This document shows positions 1 through 12,400 of a stretch of 64,000 nt of DNA, one piece after another (the first letter of the stretch is position 1; each line of letters begins with the position of its first letter). Source of the DNA: Balanoglossus misakiensis (Eukaryota; Animalia; Hemichordata); NCBI GenBank assembly GCA_040954595.2, contig CM082592.2, positions 4,666,735-4,730,734 on the forward strand. The letters are read 5' to 3'. The notes under the pieces are model-generated. The model did not search any database, was not told the DNA's origin, and saw nothing but the letters and a program-made list of their open reading frames with translations. The position numbers and the translations under genes were made by a program.

Positions 1-3000
1 CAATGCCGTCGTCCTGTGTTTGACTTGGAAACGGCGAAAGAATCTCAAACCGATGGATTTCATGATCGCCAATCTGGCCATCACCGACCTAGGGGTCGCT
101 TTTCTCGGATATCCTTTCTCGGCGTCGGCTGCTTATCACCACAAGGTAAGACTGTCTGGGGTTGTGTAGAGTTAGGGTTATGCATGTAGACTCTCACAGC
201 CCACGGTTCGCTACAATAAGGCTCTTCACTGACGAGCCCTCAACCGTTTGGCAATTAAGGGAGAGGCACCGTTTGGTGTTGTGTAGCGCAATCAGTCCAT
301 AAGCCTGCATGGACGACGAGAGGGGCTGTGAGAGAGTCTAGGGCTGAATGGCGTCCGAGCCCCCTAACCCTAACACTGGGGGTCACTCAAGCCAACCCAC
401 CCTAATCCTAACCGGAGGGACTGTGCTGCAGCAAAATACACCATAGCCTTAATCTGAGCGGACCTCGTATTTACCGACATTCGGACATCATCTATCTACA
501 TACCCAGATACGAATGTTACGATACCCGAAACTGTGACACTCTGTTGTCGTAAAATGATTGAAATATTCAATGATAAAGACGTTTTTAACACGTCCCACC
601 GCCTTTTACAACAGAAACAATTAGAACTGACCAAAGAAAACTGTCCGAAATGTCAGTTTTCCCGCGGAAATGTCACAGACCGCCGAGAAAACAGGTGCTT
701 GGCATGGCTAATTAAATGTTCAGGGACCGTACCCGGGACCGTACCAAAGCGTTCGGATAATCCGAAATTCGGATAATTGGTGTTCGGATAATCGGTGTTC
801 CACTGTAGTATGATGGGTAGGCCATTTGATTTTGTAGAAAAAGTGGGATGGGAACACCTAGACTCTCTCATTGTGTATTTATATTCATTTTTATACGATG
901 GCTGTATAAAAATCAGGAAAATGACAATTTTCTCAACTTTGAGTAGACCACTACCATAATCCTGTTTTGTCTTTGTAGTGGAACTCCGGACGTGTGGGTT
1001 GTCAGTTCTATGGTTTCGTTGGACTCTACTTCAGCACCATCAGTATTACATCCATGTCATATCTGGCCTTGTTTCGGTACATAAAGGTTTGCCGGGATGA
1101 CGTGGGTAAGTTCATTTTTGTGATCTCAGGGAACAGATATTACAACAACTATTCAATCCGGGTCACCCTGTTTTTGTAACGCTAAGTGAGCCTGATGGGG
1201 TCAACGTACTTTTTGATCTTAGCGAAGGACTACGGTACATTTTACAGCAAATCTACCATAGCATCAAATGTACTTGCGCGTGTATTGTATATGTCCTTAT
1301 CCTAGATACTGATCGACAAAAGTAGTTTAGCTCACAAAATAAGCTAACGGTGTATGAAAAAAAACGATGTTTGTTTCCCTGCCAAAAGGTTCAACTTTAG
1401 TTTTGATAATAAACTTCTAGATTTTGGCAAAATGCTATTATTGTCAAAAGTGTACTTTTTGTACAACATTATAATAAATTGTAATTTTTTACAAACGTCA
1501 CAAAGCGATGGGTCAAAAAGCCACATCTTGTACGTTGAAATATAATTGAGATATAGCTATATAATAGTAATGAGCTTTAATGCGCGTTTTACACTGTATT
1601 CGTATGCAATAATCCCAGCTAGAAAACTAGTAGTTCCGATTGTGTTTGTTATTGTTTATTATTAATTTCGACGTGTACATTAACACGACGTGCAACTTTC
1701 TACTTCTTTTCCAAAGCGTCTAAACTGACGAAGGAGAAGACACTTCTTGCTATAGTCATGATATGGGTGTACAGCTTGGTGTGGTCAGTCGTACCCCTAC
1801 TTGGATGGAACAGGTAAATTCTCGCATCCAAATATGTGTATAGTCAACATTGTTAATGTGCAAGAATTGAATTCAAGTCCGGACTAGAATTCATTTGCAC
1901 ACACACAGGCTATAATGACAAGTGGAGTACTGGGTATATTAGTATGGTTTTTGAGTAGAGCAAGAAATTCCATTCAATACACAGAACAAAAAACTGGAAA
2001 TAAATCCAAAAGTTACAGCTAATGTCCCTGTATGCGAACTTCGGTATCGATCCTGCCCTCTGACCCGGTGCATCAGATGTTGAGACTTTGCGTACTATCG
2101 ACCGTTTGCCGCCCTTCCGGTCTCTCTGACAAGTTTTTAATACCAGATAACATTGAAGAAATTAAAGTTTCTGTCTGCGTTGCAGCTACGTTCCCGAACC
2201 CTTTGGGCTGTCGTGCACGGTCAACTGGAACGGTGACTCGCTGGCAGACGTCTCCTACATGGTTTGCTTGTTCCTCTTCGTGTTCTTTCTGCCAATAGTG
2301 GTGGTTCTGTTCAGTTATGCATCGATTGGCTTGAAGATATGGCTTCATCAACGCGCTATCAACAACAACAGGGGAAGCCTTGCTCGCCGCGGAAGTGCTA
2401 CCAGAAACCAGGTCGGCGCCAGACTCACTAAGGTGGGTCTGATGAAAAAAAAATCAGATTTCTTACATTTGCGCGCGATTGCTCACAGACATGTACGTGC
2501 GACTGAACAAGTTGTGAATTTTTGACCAAAAATTACAACTTAAAATCCCCCAAACAAATGTGCAGAATTCACCGCAAAAATTCCTACTCGGTTACCCCTA
2601 GTAACCTGCATACCAAATTATGCGGGTTTTTTTTGACAAGAAGGCAACAAAATTAGAAATGAGATAACCCAGCAAGTGGAACCAAGGAGGTTTCGCAGGA
2701 AACCTGTACATACTACAAAATTCAATTTAGTAGCAACAGCCGCCAAACCAGCAACACGAAGTAAACTTCCAAAGCAATTGCAGAAGACGTTTCAGAGAGG
2801 ATTTTGTAATCTAAATGTAAATACTGCAGAATTTCGTCACAGTTTTAGCAAACCTGACTTGGAGCATCCGAGATGCATAGCTTGTCGGTTCTGAGAAATT
2901 GCCAGTCGTTCACAGATGACAACGGTGTCCGGTGTCGACGAAAATAAAACTGATAACTGAAAATCCCCCCCCCCCACAATCGTTGACGGAAGAGTTCAAG

Positions 3001-3812
3001 CGATCTCCCTAACCTTCTGAAATCTGGTGTTCTTTTCATTGCAGATTGCACTTGCCATTACTGTCTGCTTCTTGATCTCGTGGAGTCCATATGCTATTCA
3101 GTCGCTGATGGTTGTTGTGTGTGGTGCGAACAGCGTGCCGGTGTCAGTGTCGGCTGCATCGGCCATGTTCGCCAAGGTATCCTCGCTCTACAACCCCGTC
3201 ATTTACTACACATTCAACAAGAAGTTCAGAGAAAATGCCAACGCATTGATTTGCTGCTGCGGTTGCATTTTTCTGCAAAAGACCTTCAACTACAACACGA
3301 ACGTCGTAGTTGGCGATCAGCAAGAACTGCCAAACAGGCGCGTGGTGTTACGTGTACGGACGACATGCACGTCGAATTCTATCACGGCGGCAAAGAACAG
3401 AGATTTGACCTCCGGCTCCCCGTCGAAAAAGCGCGTTGTGTGCGCAGACCTGCCGAGTACGTTGCTCTACAGCCGGGAGATCGAGAGCAGCTCTCCCTCC
3501 TCAGAGATGAAAAGAGTACCAGTAGACCGCCCTCTAGCGGCCCTGAATCAGCCAACCACCGACATCTGGCATGCCACGCGCGTAGTGGTAAAAACACCAG
3601 AGCAGATCGCCATGGCCGTGGAGACAGAACTGTCGACCTCGCTTTACGACAAGGAAGAGCCCGCTGCTTGGGAAAGCCACGACCCGTGCTACGTGGGGAA
3701 AGATTCGCAAAACAGGGTATTCACTGCCCGGAAGAAGAATTCAGCTTCGCACTCTTCGAAAGTGGTCGAGAAAATCGAATTGGAAAGCGTGGAGTCAATA
3801 CATCATCAGTGA
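1..3812 (+). CDS. Opsin, group-4/tetraopsin-like (Go-opsin/neuropsin/peropsin clade); 5' end lies upstream of the window
   Basis: Exons <1-145, 979-1105, 1717-1813, 2186-2432, 3045-3812, all GT-AG and phase-consistent. TM2 NLAITDLG; TM3 GCQFYG with Y at bovine 113; EL2 YVPEPFGLSCT with E181 counterion and C187; TM6 FLISWSPYA; TM7 AMFAKVSSLYNPVIY with the retinal-binding K296 codon at 3174-3176; NKKFR helix 8 followed by a Cys cluster. Subfamily cannot be fixed without a phylogeny. Confidence 0.9.
187..340. mobile_element. MITE with TAG...CTA terminal inverted repeats in opsin intron
   Basis: TAGACTCTCACAGCCC at 187 and GGGCTGTGAGAGAGTCTA ending at 340 are near-perfect inverted repeats. No clear TSD. 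Confidence 0.55.
748..807 (-). mobile_element. Terminal fragment of a pogo/Tigger-like (Tc1-mariner) MITE
   Basis: Minus strand reads TA-CAGTGGAACACCGATTATCCGAAC with three repeated TTATCCGAA units, typical of CAGT-ended TA-target MITE ends. The partner end is not clear. Confidence 0.45.
1868..2030 (+). repeat. Partial copy of TTAA MITE family C
   Basis: Shares AATTCAAGTCCGGACTA...GAGTAGAGCAAGAAA...TACAGCTAATGTCCCT with the complete copy at 61077-61433. Confidence 0.65.
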
Positions 3813-4688
3813 GAAGAAACGTCGCATTATCTTAAATTAGTCAATCCTTTATCAGGAGGTGGAGTGACCGTGGTTATTTCCACCTGCAAAGGGAGGGTAA
3901 ACTTCGAAAGGGAAATTTTCGAAGTACCCCCATACACATTGACCCGATTGGAAGTCATCTATTTCTTGTTGCTTATAGTCGTTCTGTATGATAGGCTGAA
4001 TTTTCTTGCATGCAAAACACGACAATTTTACCGTAGGTGTGTCAGCTTTATACAGTATTGAACATCGAGATATTGCTTGTATAATCTTTCTAATATATGA
4101 TAACAACCATCAAAAACCTCTCATTGTTAATTCTTGCGGACATGATCGTTCAAGTGACTGGGGTAATGTTTCTTTGTTATGCAAATTAGCTGGCGGCCTG
4201 GTCGTGCTCACCAAACGCTATAGTATTCTCTAAATTTTCACTCTTGTGTCTCTGCATGTTTGGCTCAGTGTGATTTCCATAATTATTTACAGCCTTGATC
4301 TTTCAATTACTGTAGAAGATCATGATTAGGTAACGCAAAATTAAATATTCTTGTCTGTTTGTTTCGAATTAAAGCATCCTCTAGAAAGTGACCCCCTCCA
4401 ATTAGTGTTTTGGCTAAAAGCATATTAAGTTTTTAGTAAAACACCATCATCAAAGTAAATTTCTATTCCTCTGCGTGATGATATATAGTCTGTGGAGTTC
4501 CATATTACTTAGGATAAGAATTATGGCTTTGAGCAACATTTATGCTGGTACTAGTATTAAACATCGCATGCTCAGTCTACATTCTAGGGTTTCACTCGCA
4601 CAAGTTTTGTAGCCAATAAAATCCAAGTCTATGTTTCTGTGGGTTTACAATATTGTATTTACAAACTTTGTTGTGGTTATTAAATGGT

Positions 4689-5360
4689 TGTAGCGGTTTT
4701 AAGGGTGTTACGTAGAATAAGTTTTCTATTGTTTTTCGTGACCAGGTGTGTTTATCGTTTACTTTCGTTATTTGAATATTGTGACCTGCAGGTGTGATGC
4801 ATTCATTACGGTATTTGTTCTCGTATAGAAGCCTGCGCGTTGCCGGCCACGTTGTGGATGGGGTAGGTGCTAATTTGAACTGGCCTGTGAGTTGTGTTCC
4901 GTTCTAACCGTCTTGAAAGCCGTGCTAGGAAGACGTGTCTGGAAGCCGCGTCTAAAAGCTGTGCCGTCTCATGTTGTACTGGTCTGGAAGCCGTGCTGTC
5001 TCAGGCGGACTTGGCTTGGAAGCCGCGCAGTCTACCGGTGGATTTACCCGGACTAAACGTCGGAACTGTCGCGGTGTCGTCGCGTCCTTCGCCCAAACTA
5101 CGGAACTTTCGACGGGACTTTGGACTTGATTAGTTTTCATTTCCACGCCTTGTCACATTTAAGGTAGTCTCTTATTTTGTGTGTTTTTCAGTGTACAATC
5201 ATTTAATATTTATCATTGTTTTATTTGTAATAATTAAACTTTACCATAAGTAAGGTAATATCGTTGTTGTGTGACTATTGTTGACCATCTTTGTTGCGTA
5301 CGGCGCTGGTTGGTTCATTTCAAGGCGAGCCATTCAGCAAGTTTAATTTGCTTACCGCCA
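4689..5360 (+). mobile_element. Putative solo LTR
   Basis: ~670-bp CpG-richer segment starting TGTAGCGGT and ending ACCGCCA (imperfect short terminal inverted repeat), with an internal AT-rich polyA-signal-like stretch and short tandem GGAAGCCG units. TSD is imperfect (TGGT/TGTT). Confidence 0.35.
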
Positions 5361-6598
5361 TGTTTCGGCATTGAACGGCCAATAGCCTATTATAAGCGGA
5401 TGTGTCCTTTGATGTTATTACATATGGTAAACGCATTTATGTATAAAACTGATGGGGTTGGGTGCAATTTATGTACTGTTGGTTAGCGATTGCAATTCTA
5501 ATAGGATTCTTGCGAGGAAGGGGTCGTCGCGCCGCGTGGGTGTCCCCTTTGATGAGAATATGTCCTCCCATACCAGCACAAACCCCACTGCAGTCGCCAC
5601 GACCTACTAGGATCCGTTGCTGTCATGCCCAGTCTATGCTACGGTTGGCTTCGGTTGTATTTCAAAGGCTAAAAACAGAAGACACGTAGGTAGTAATTTA
5701 CAGCAACACGATTAGAACTATTTTGGGATGTTTGCATGTGGATGAATTGACAGTATTTATATACTCGGCATACAATGTAGTAAACGTATTACCTAGCCGC
5801 TGTTTTTGTCATATTTAGTTTTATCTGCGATTGAGGCCAGGTAGCCTCCATAATGAAATGTGGATTTACGTTGGCCACGCCCCCACGCCCAAACGTTTTC
5901 CGTACAGCAATACCATATGGAAACGTAGCCTTTCCTTGTTAATACATATAGAGGTTTTTGCATGCATATCTGACCATTTAACGAACTTTTCCACAGTCGA
6001 GGTACAATTGGATCAATCGGTTAAAGCGCTTGTACTGAAAACGATTTGGGTTGAAGGACGAGTTATCGAGTTGCAAGGTGAGACACGTCGACCTAGTCCA
6101 GAATACAGACTCGTGACGTGTGACATTTTTGCTTTGCGCCACACACAGTCTAACCTTGCCATCTATTTTTGTTTTAAATTCTGTTATTTGAAAGTCAAAA
6201 GATTCGAACCATGGCAACTCAGGCCAATGCTCACCATGTGATCATGATCATGACCGCTTGGAATTCAAATATAATCTAGCAGGGGTGTTTTGCTCAACAT
6301 CAGTGCTGACATGCACATAGCAAAAGTTTAAGAATTAAACGACAAAACTAGAGTCTGTGTGGCGCATATACTGGAAAAAACACACGAAGTCTGGATTCTG
6401 GATTACGTTGACCAAAGCCGGAACATCTTATTGTCGGAAAATCTAGAAACTATACGTGAACACCCATTGAGTACGTTCATGACGAGGTCAAGTGTTCTTT
6501 CGACTTATGTACATGTAGAGATCGTATAAACACGGTTCCAGGAATGTATTTGATGGTTAATATACCATGTATGTATTACACAGACTACACCCATCAAA

Positions 6599-8931
6599 AT
6601 GAACGCAACTAATCTAAAGGAGTATTACCCCACCCGATTGGAGCTTGCAAGACGATGCATAGACAGGGTCTCTCACGGTTTGAGCCTCAACAAGAACGAT
6701 AATGTACTCGATGTTGGGTGTGGGCCAGGCGCTCTCACTAAACTCATCTCTGAACAAGTGAAAGCAGTATCAGGTAAGTATTTTGCGTGTTGTATACTTA
6801 AGGAAATAGTGCCTTGGAAACAGATTTTCAGGAAAATGAGTCTATTATATTATAGTGTGGGGAGTCATATGTTGTTCATCGTATTGTTTTCATAAAATCC
6901 AAGGCACGTTCTTTTGTCGGTCTCAATACAGTTAACATGGGGATGGCGGCCATTTTGAATGTCGAATTTCAAGATATTTGACATTTGATGCGATTTTGCT
7001 TTTGTCATTCAAAGTTTTGCGCGGAAACCCTCAATTTTTATCCTTTTTTAAAGAGAGAATAAACTAAAGTTGCTTCGGTTTGAATTGATCTGTACTCGCA
7101 TGTTATAGCTTGTGCTAACAAAACATTGTTTCTCCCTGTTTACAATGCGTGTTAATACTGGACTATTTCCAATTTGAAGAATATATAACATTATGGTAAT
7201 CTTATTTTGAACTGCTTTTGGTGAGGAAAGGTGATCAAATGACCATCAACAGTCAAACTGATACCAAAGTACACAAAATTGAACGGAACAGAGTTGTTTC
7301 GAAAATTCTTCAGCAGATCATTGTATTCAATATGTCATTTGACCTCGGACAAATACAACGGACACATAAATAAATTCGAAATTGGGATCGGATTAAGGGG
7401 TGCTCTTGTTTATATGTCGGTTATGATTTTCACACGTGCTTGACTTTGAAGACGACAATTATTTAGTTTCACAGTCATGAATTGGTTGTTTATGCGTTGG
7501 TGTTCGTTGGCATGGGAACAAAACTTAAACTCACGTTTATGTGTCCATCGTACAGCTTTTGACGTATCACCGGCCATGATCCAAGAGGCGAAAGAAAACT
7601 TCCCAGCAGGAAACATCAAATACAAACTCGGCGATGCTACCAAGTTGGCAACGTTTGAGGAGTACAGCAACTCGTTTGATAAGGCCCTTGCATACTATGC
7701 CTTACACTGGATGCCTGACCGCAAGACACCGCTCCAAGGGATATATAACAGTTTGAAACCAGGTGGACATGCATATGTGAACTTTCAAACAGTAAAACCT
7801 GGTGTGATTGATACCTTTGCTGATATCGGTGAATACATCAAAGATCCGAAGTGGATAAAGTACATGGAGGTAATTGCCAGAATATAATTTATAGTTTTGT
7901 CAATACCTGTGAATTTGCAGACGTCAAAAAATAAAATAAAAAAAAAACTCGAGCAGTGCCCATGTATGAGCACACAATTTTCCATCATCGCCCTGAATGT
8001 GAATCCGAATACACGTGCACCGTGTACGCACGTTCATCAATCACATGGGTCTCCGAGTTATCGTTGCATTGATTGCGTACCAAGGAAAGTTCACGTATAC
8101 GTACAGGCGCTCGAATGTTTGCCATTCATAAACACACGAGATTGTGGCATGCGTGAAGTTGATATTGAAGTGGATACCGCGGTTTGTTGATCGTTATTAT
8201 CAGGTTTTTTTTAAACCGGTTGTTGGCTTGAGACTAATCTCAACAATGTACCAGTACCATGATCCAAGCCTAATTAAATTGTACATGTGACGACGTTTTC
8301 AAACTTGTAGAACAACTACATATTCTAAGTACCTGCTCCAAATCTACTAAAAGTTGGTTAAGATACGTCCTCCCATATAACTTTGTGAAGATACGCTTTT
8401 ATAGCAGTACGTTTGTTGTCGATAAGATAACTGCAAATGTGCATTTCAGTTACATTTATTTATTTGAGGAATTGGTATTACATTTGTGTGGTAATTTTGT
8501 TCCAGGGATATGAGTACCGGTATTACCCTTTCAACGGAAATTGTGACGACTTCAAGAAATTAATGGCAGATATTGGCTTCAAGGATATCATTTGTACAGC
8601 TGAAGAGCGGAAATCGTTCCTCAAGCCTGATACTGCTAGAGGTAATAACAATTTCTCGTTCTGTGATTTCTGTTCATTAGATAGATGACGGACCTTCCAC
8701 ATGCCATTTCACCCAAGCTGACAAACTGGATAATTCTATTTACGTATTTTTCAAATGATATCATTTGTAGTATACTATAGGTCCTTTATGAGTCCACTGG
8801 ATAGAATTCCCGATGACAGGAAGGAAGAGTATTTTGAAGACGCCTTCAAGTTTGTCACAGAGAAAGGCCTGAAGAATGGAGATGAATTTGTTCTTTCAAT
8901 TTATATCATAACAGCTATCGCTAGAAAATAA
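6599..8931 (+). CDS. Class I SAM-dependent methyltransferase, juvenile hormone acid O-methyltransferase-like
   Basis: Exons 6599-6773, 7556-7869, 8506-8641, 8771-8931 (TAA), phase-consistent, ~261 aa. Motif I VLDVGCGPG, FDVSPAMI, FDKALAYYALHW, SLKPGG, and a C-terminus (LDRIPDDRKEEYFED...ITAIARK) resembling JHAMT-family proteins. Confidence 0.85.
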
Positions 8932-9491
8932 TAATCAAATATCATTAAATTATAAGGGGTCATTTGCGAACATTATTGTTCAAATTTGTTTGGAAATGCA
9001 CGTCTGAGAATAACATTTCCCATGTTGGATCGGAATTGGTACATTCTTGACAAAACTGCCTATTTGCTCTGACTATATAGACGACCAGCACACGTCAGCA
9101 CAAGCGATATATCTGTCATCAGATGTGAAATTGTACACAGCAAGCATATTTTGGGTGAAGGTGGAGTAAAAAAATGTTTATTTAATAATCAAAGTTGAGA
9201 CGAGTAAATAAAATCAAGCGCATACAGGCCAAATTGTTCCCCGACGCTCTTGTCGAACACGTGTTCATCCTTTTCACTCCCAAATTTTGCCCTGTAATGT
9301 CGATACACACATTGTTTCCAGGTTTCTCTGACAATGTTATGGCAATATGTATTGTTCTTCCACAGATTCGACTTCTTATTCCTGTCGCCATTTAAAAATC
9401 ATTTTGAAAAACTTTATAAAAGTCATTGACTCCCCGGTCGGCCCGTCATGTAACTAAGATGAGTGTGCTGGCTTCAGTGAGACGTTTCTGG

Positions 9492-12400
9492 TTAACTACA
9501 GCCATTCTTCGTCAGAACCAAATTCCGGAGTCGATGCACGTGATCTGTAAAACAAACGCATTCAGACGTATAAATGTAACCCCTTTATACTCAGAGTACT
9601 GCATTGCTATAACTGAGAGTTTACTCTGTCGAAAATACTGTAATGAGACACGTTTCTGAAGACTGCCAATTTTCAAGTACGCACGAAGATCCTACATTCT
9701 TCCATTCGGACGTTCTCGAGTTATAGTTATAGTTATTTCAGGAAGTTTAAAGATGACCATCGAGCACATTTTAAAAATTGGCACTCAATGACTTTTTTCC
9801 GCAAAACTTTTACGTGTACAAATGTACTATTATTTGAATCAGTTACGTACACGTCTTTGAAGATTAGACGGTTTACGTACCATGGGTCCTCGGGTAAAAC
9901 CTGCAATGGTCATTTATTAAATGGGCCCATTTTAATACTGTTGCTGAAATATCTACATTGATTGAAAATAATGACTATTTATTCACAAACAGCAAGTCAC
10001 AAATTTCGTTTTTGTTGACTTACCCGACGTATATTTGGTGCTTGGCAAAATGGCTCCGGCAAAGTACTTTCGCCATTTTTATATTCTTTACGTAGACCAT
10101 TTGAACATCGCCATCCACGAGCATGCGCACCACGTCACCGGGATCGAAATGCCTCTTCTCCTCCTCGGACAGACTTTCGTACGTTTTCAACATGTCAGGA
10201 TCTTTGTGCCAGTCTTTTATCTGCAGGATATACGGGTGCTATCAGTCGAACGCCAATGACGTCATTTCCGTTTTAAGGAAATTTGAATATGGTTTACATG
10301 TACTCAATCCTTATAGGTACTTTCTTCTGGTCTAAGTTCTCTGAAGTTTAGATAGAATAATTGGCATGCTGATTTACCTTCTGAGTCCGATGGACTTCGT
10401 CTTTGCTAAGCTTTCTCACTTTACTGTGGCGATTCTCGAGCTCGTGGGAGGAACTTGGAGGATTTGGAGCCTGGTCGCCGTCGTCTTGGTCACCCCGTGT
10501 GCGTTTGAGCTCACCGCCAGTGGACACGGACCTATCTCCACCTGGGTTTGGGAAGTCTTTGCCGGCGATGGATAGCTGATCAACAATAGGCCGCTTTAAA
10601 ACCAAATGAATTAATACACTGAAATAATCTGCTGTATACAAATCAATCAGACAATATTTCAGCTGGGCCGTTAACATTTATATGTATTAGGTTGGGTTTG
10701 GGTTTGGTTGGGTTGGTAGGCACAACACGTACACCACACACTAAACACACTACAACGCTAGTCAAGTTCATAAAAAGGATAAGTATGTGGTAAAAGACAG
10801 TGCGTGATGTTAGATGTTTCTATAATTATAGTCAAACAGAATCATGTAACAGTTTATAGCGTGATTACTTTTTAAAACATGGCCAACTTCAAAAGCGGTC
10901 GTATTCATGAACAGTGTCATGACTACTAACCTGCTGTTGCGAAGGTGATAGAACTCGATTGTGACCACGCCCACTTGTTGCAGTCACGTTGCTGACGATT
11001 ATGACGGCATCTTTCGATGACGTAGGAGGAACACGAGCGCCATGATGTGTCTGTTGGTGCTGTGGGTTGCCCGGATGATGTTGTTGCCGTATTCTTGGCC
11101 CGTTTTGCCGCTGCTGTTGCCAGTTTTGCTGCTTGACCGGCTTTTTGTGGTATCCAGCGGATTCTGAGTGATGGCGGGTCGGTTGTTCGGTTGGTGTCGT
11201 CAGCATGTGTGCCTCTCCCTCTGATGGTTGTACACGAACTTGATTTGTCTGCAGCTCAACGTTTTGTGACACGCCCTGGTATGTTGGTGACGGTATGCTG
11301 GTTGCCAGTGCGGGTATCATCTTCAAATTCAACTGTTGCTGTTGTTGTTGTAAGTACTGTTGTTGTACATATACGTACGTTTGTTGTTGTTGTTGTTGCC
11401 AGTGCTGCTGCTGTTGTTGTTGTTGATGCTGCTGCTGATATTGAAAGTACTTTTCCAGGAGCCCGCCATTTTGCGTCCATTCTAGACATTGGGCGCGAGC
11501 TGTGGCTTGAGCCGGCCAGGGAACATCATGATTCGACGACAACTGCGGTTGCTGCTGCACTTGTTCGCCTGGACCATGGTTTCCTCTTGCTCGGTGTGGT
11601 GGAGACATTTCAGCTGATGCTGGAACGGTTGGTAGTAGTTGCTTTGGTCCTCCTTGCTGTTGTACCTGCGGGAGTTGCACCTCTTGTGATCTGTAGGGGT
11701 GACTGCGTCTCCCGACAACAAAATACCGATTGTTCTGGCTCAGTTGCCGGTTTGATATCCATTGTCGTCCATTGTCTTTGTGAAGTTGCGTTTGGTGAAA
11801 CATTTGCCCATGGAATTGTCTTACCTGAGGGTGTGTACTCTGGATGTGCAGCGTGGCCTGATCTTCGGGCTGATTATCGTCACACTGGTAGGGCAATGTT
11901 CGCTCACCCAGCTGCTGAAGCAAGTGGTGGTTGGGCTCTCGCGGCTGTGGGCAGGGTGGCTGGTGAACATTGCCGTAATTGCTCTGGCTTTCCGGCCCTT
12001 GCTCACCACGGCACTTTGATCGGCACTGCTGTTGGTAATGTTCGCGCAGCAGGAGAAGATAATCGCGTGGCTGTGGTTGTCCGTAGTGCGGGTGATGTGG
12101 CGGGAAATGAGGTCCATGCCTTCTGAACTGTAGCAGTCGTTGCTGGTGGTGCTTGAGTTGGCGATGGCTCAGTTGCTGCTGCTGCTGTTGTTGTTGTTGG
12201 TGGTGGTGTTGAAGTTGTAGTTGACGGACTTGACGAATTAACCTCACCATGCTGGACCGTTTCGATTCCACATAGCCACCGGTATGAAGTTGCACGTACC
12301 TGGACCGCGCAGTACTGTTCTGACAGTGACGCTGGTCGATTGGACGGTGCAATACGAAACTTTTCGGTCCATCATATGTTTGTGGCCGAAAATGTCCACG

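Noticed and set aside
170-412. TTAGGG/CCCTAA telomere-like hexamers
   Set aside because: Only 2-3 degenerate units in an intron, not an array.
1030-1050. TTCAGCACC resembling a REST/RE1 site
   Set aside because: Left half-site only, inside a coding exon, with no GGACAG half.
3080-3835. 251-aa alternative-frame ORF overlapping the last opsin exon
   Set aside because: Starts at GTG, has no recognisable motifs, and is an expected shadow of a GC-rich coding exon.
11191-12126. 311-aa Val/Ala-rich ORF on the + strand
   Set aside because: Antisense shadow of CAA/CAG poly-Q codons in the minus-strand gene.
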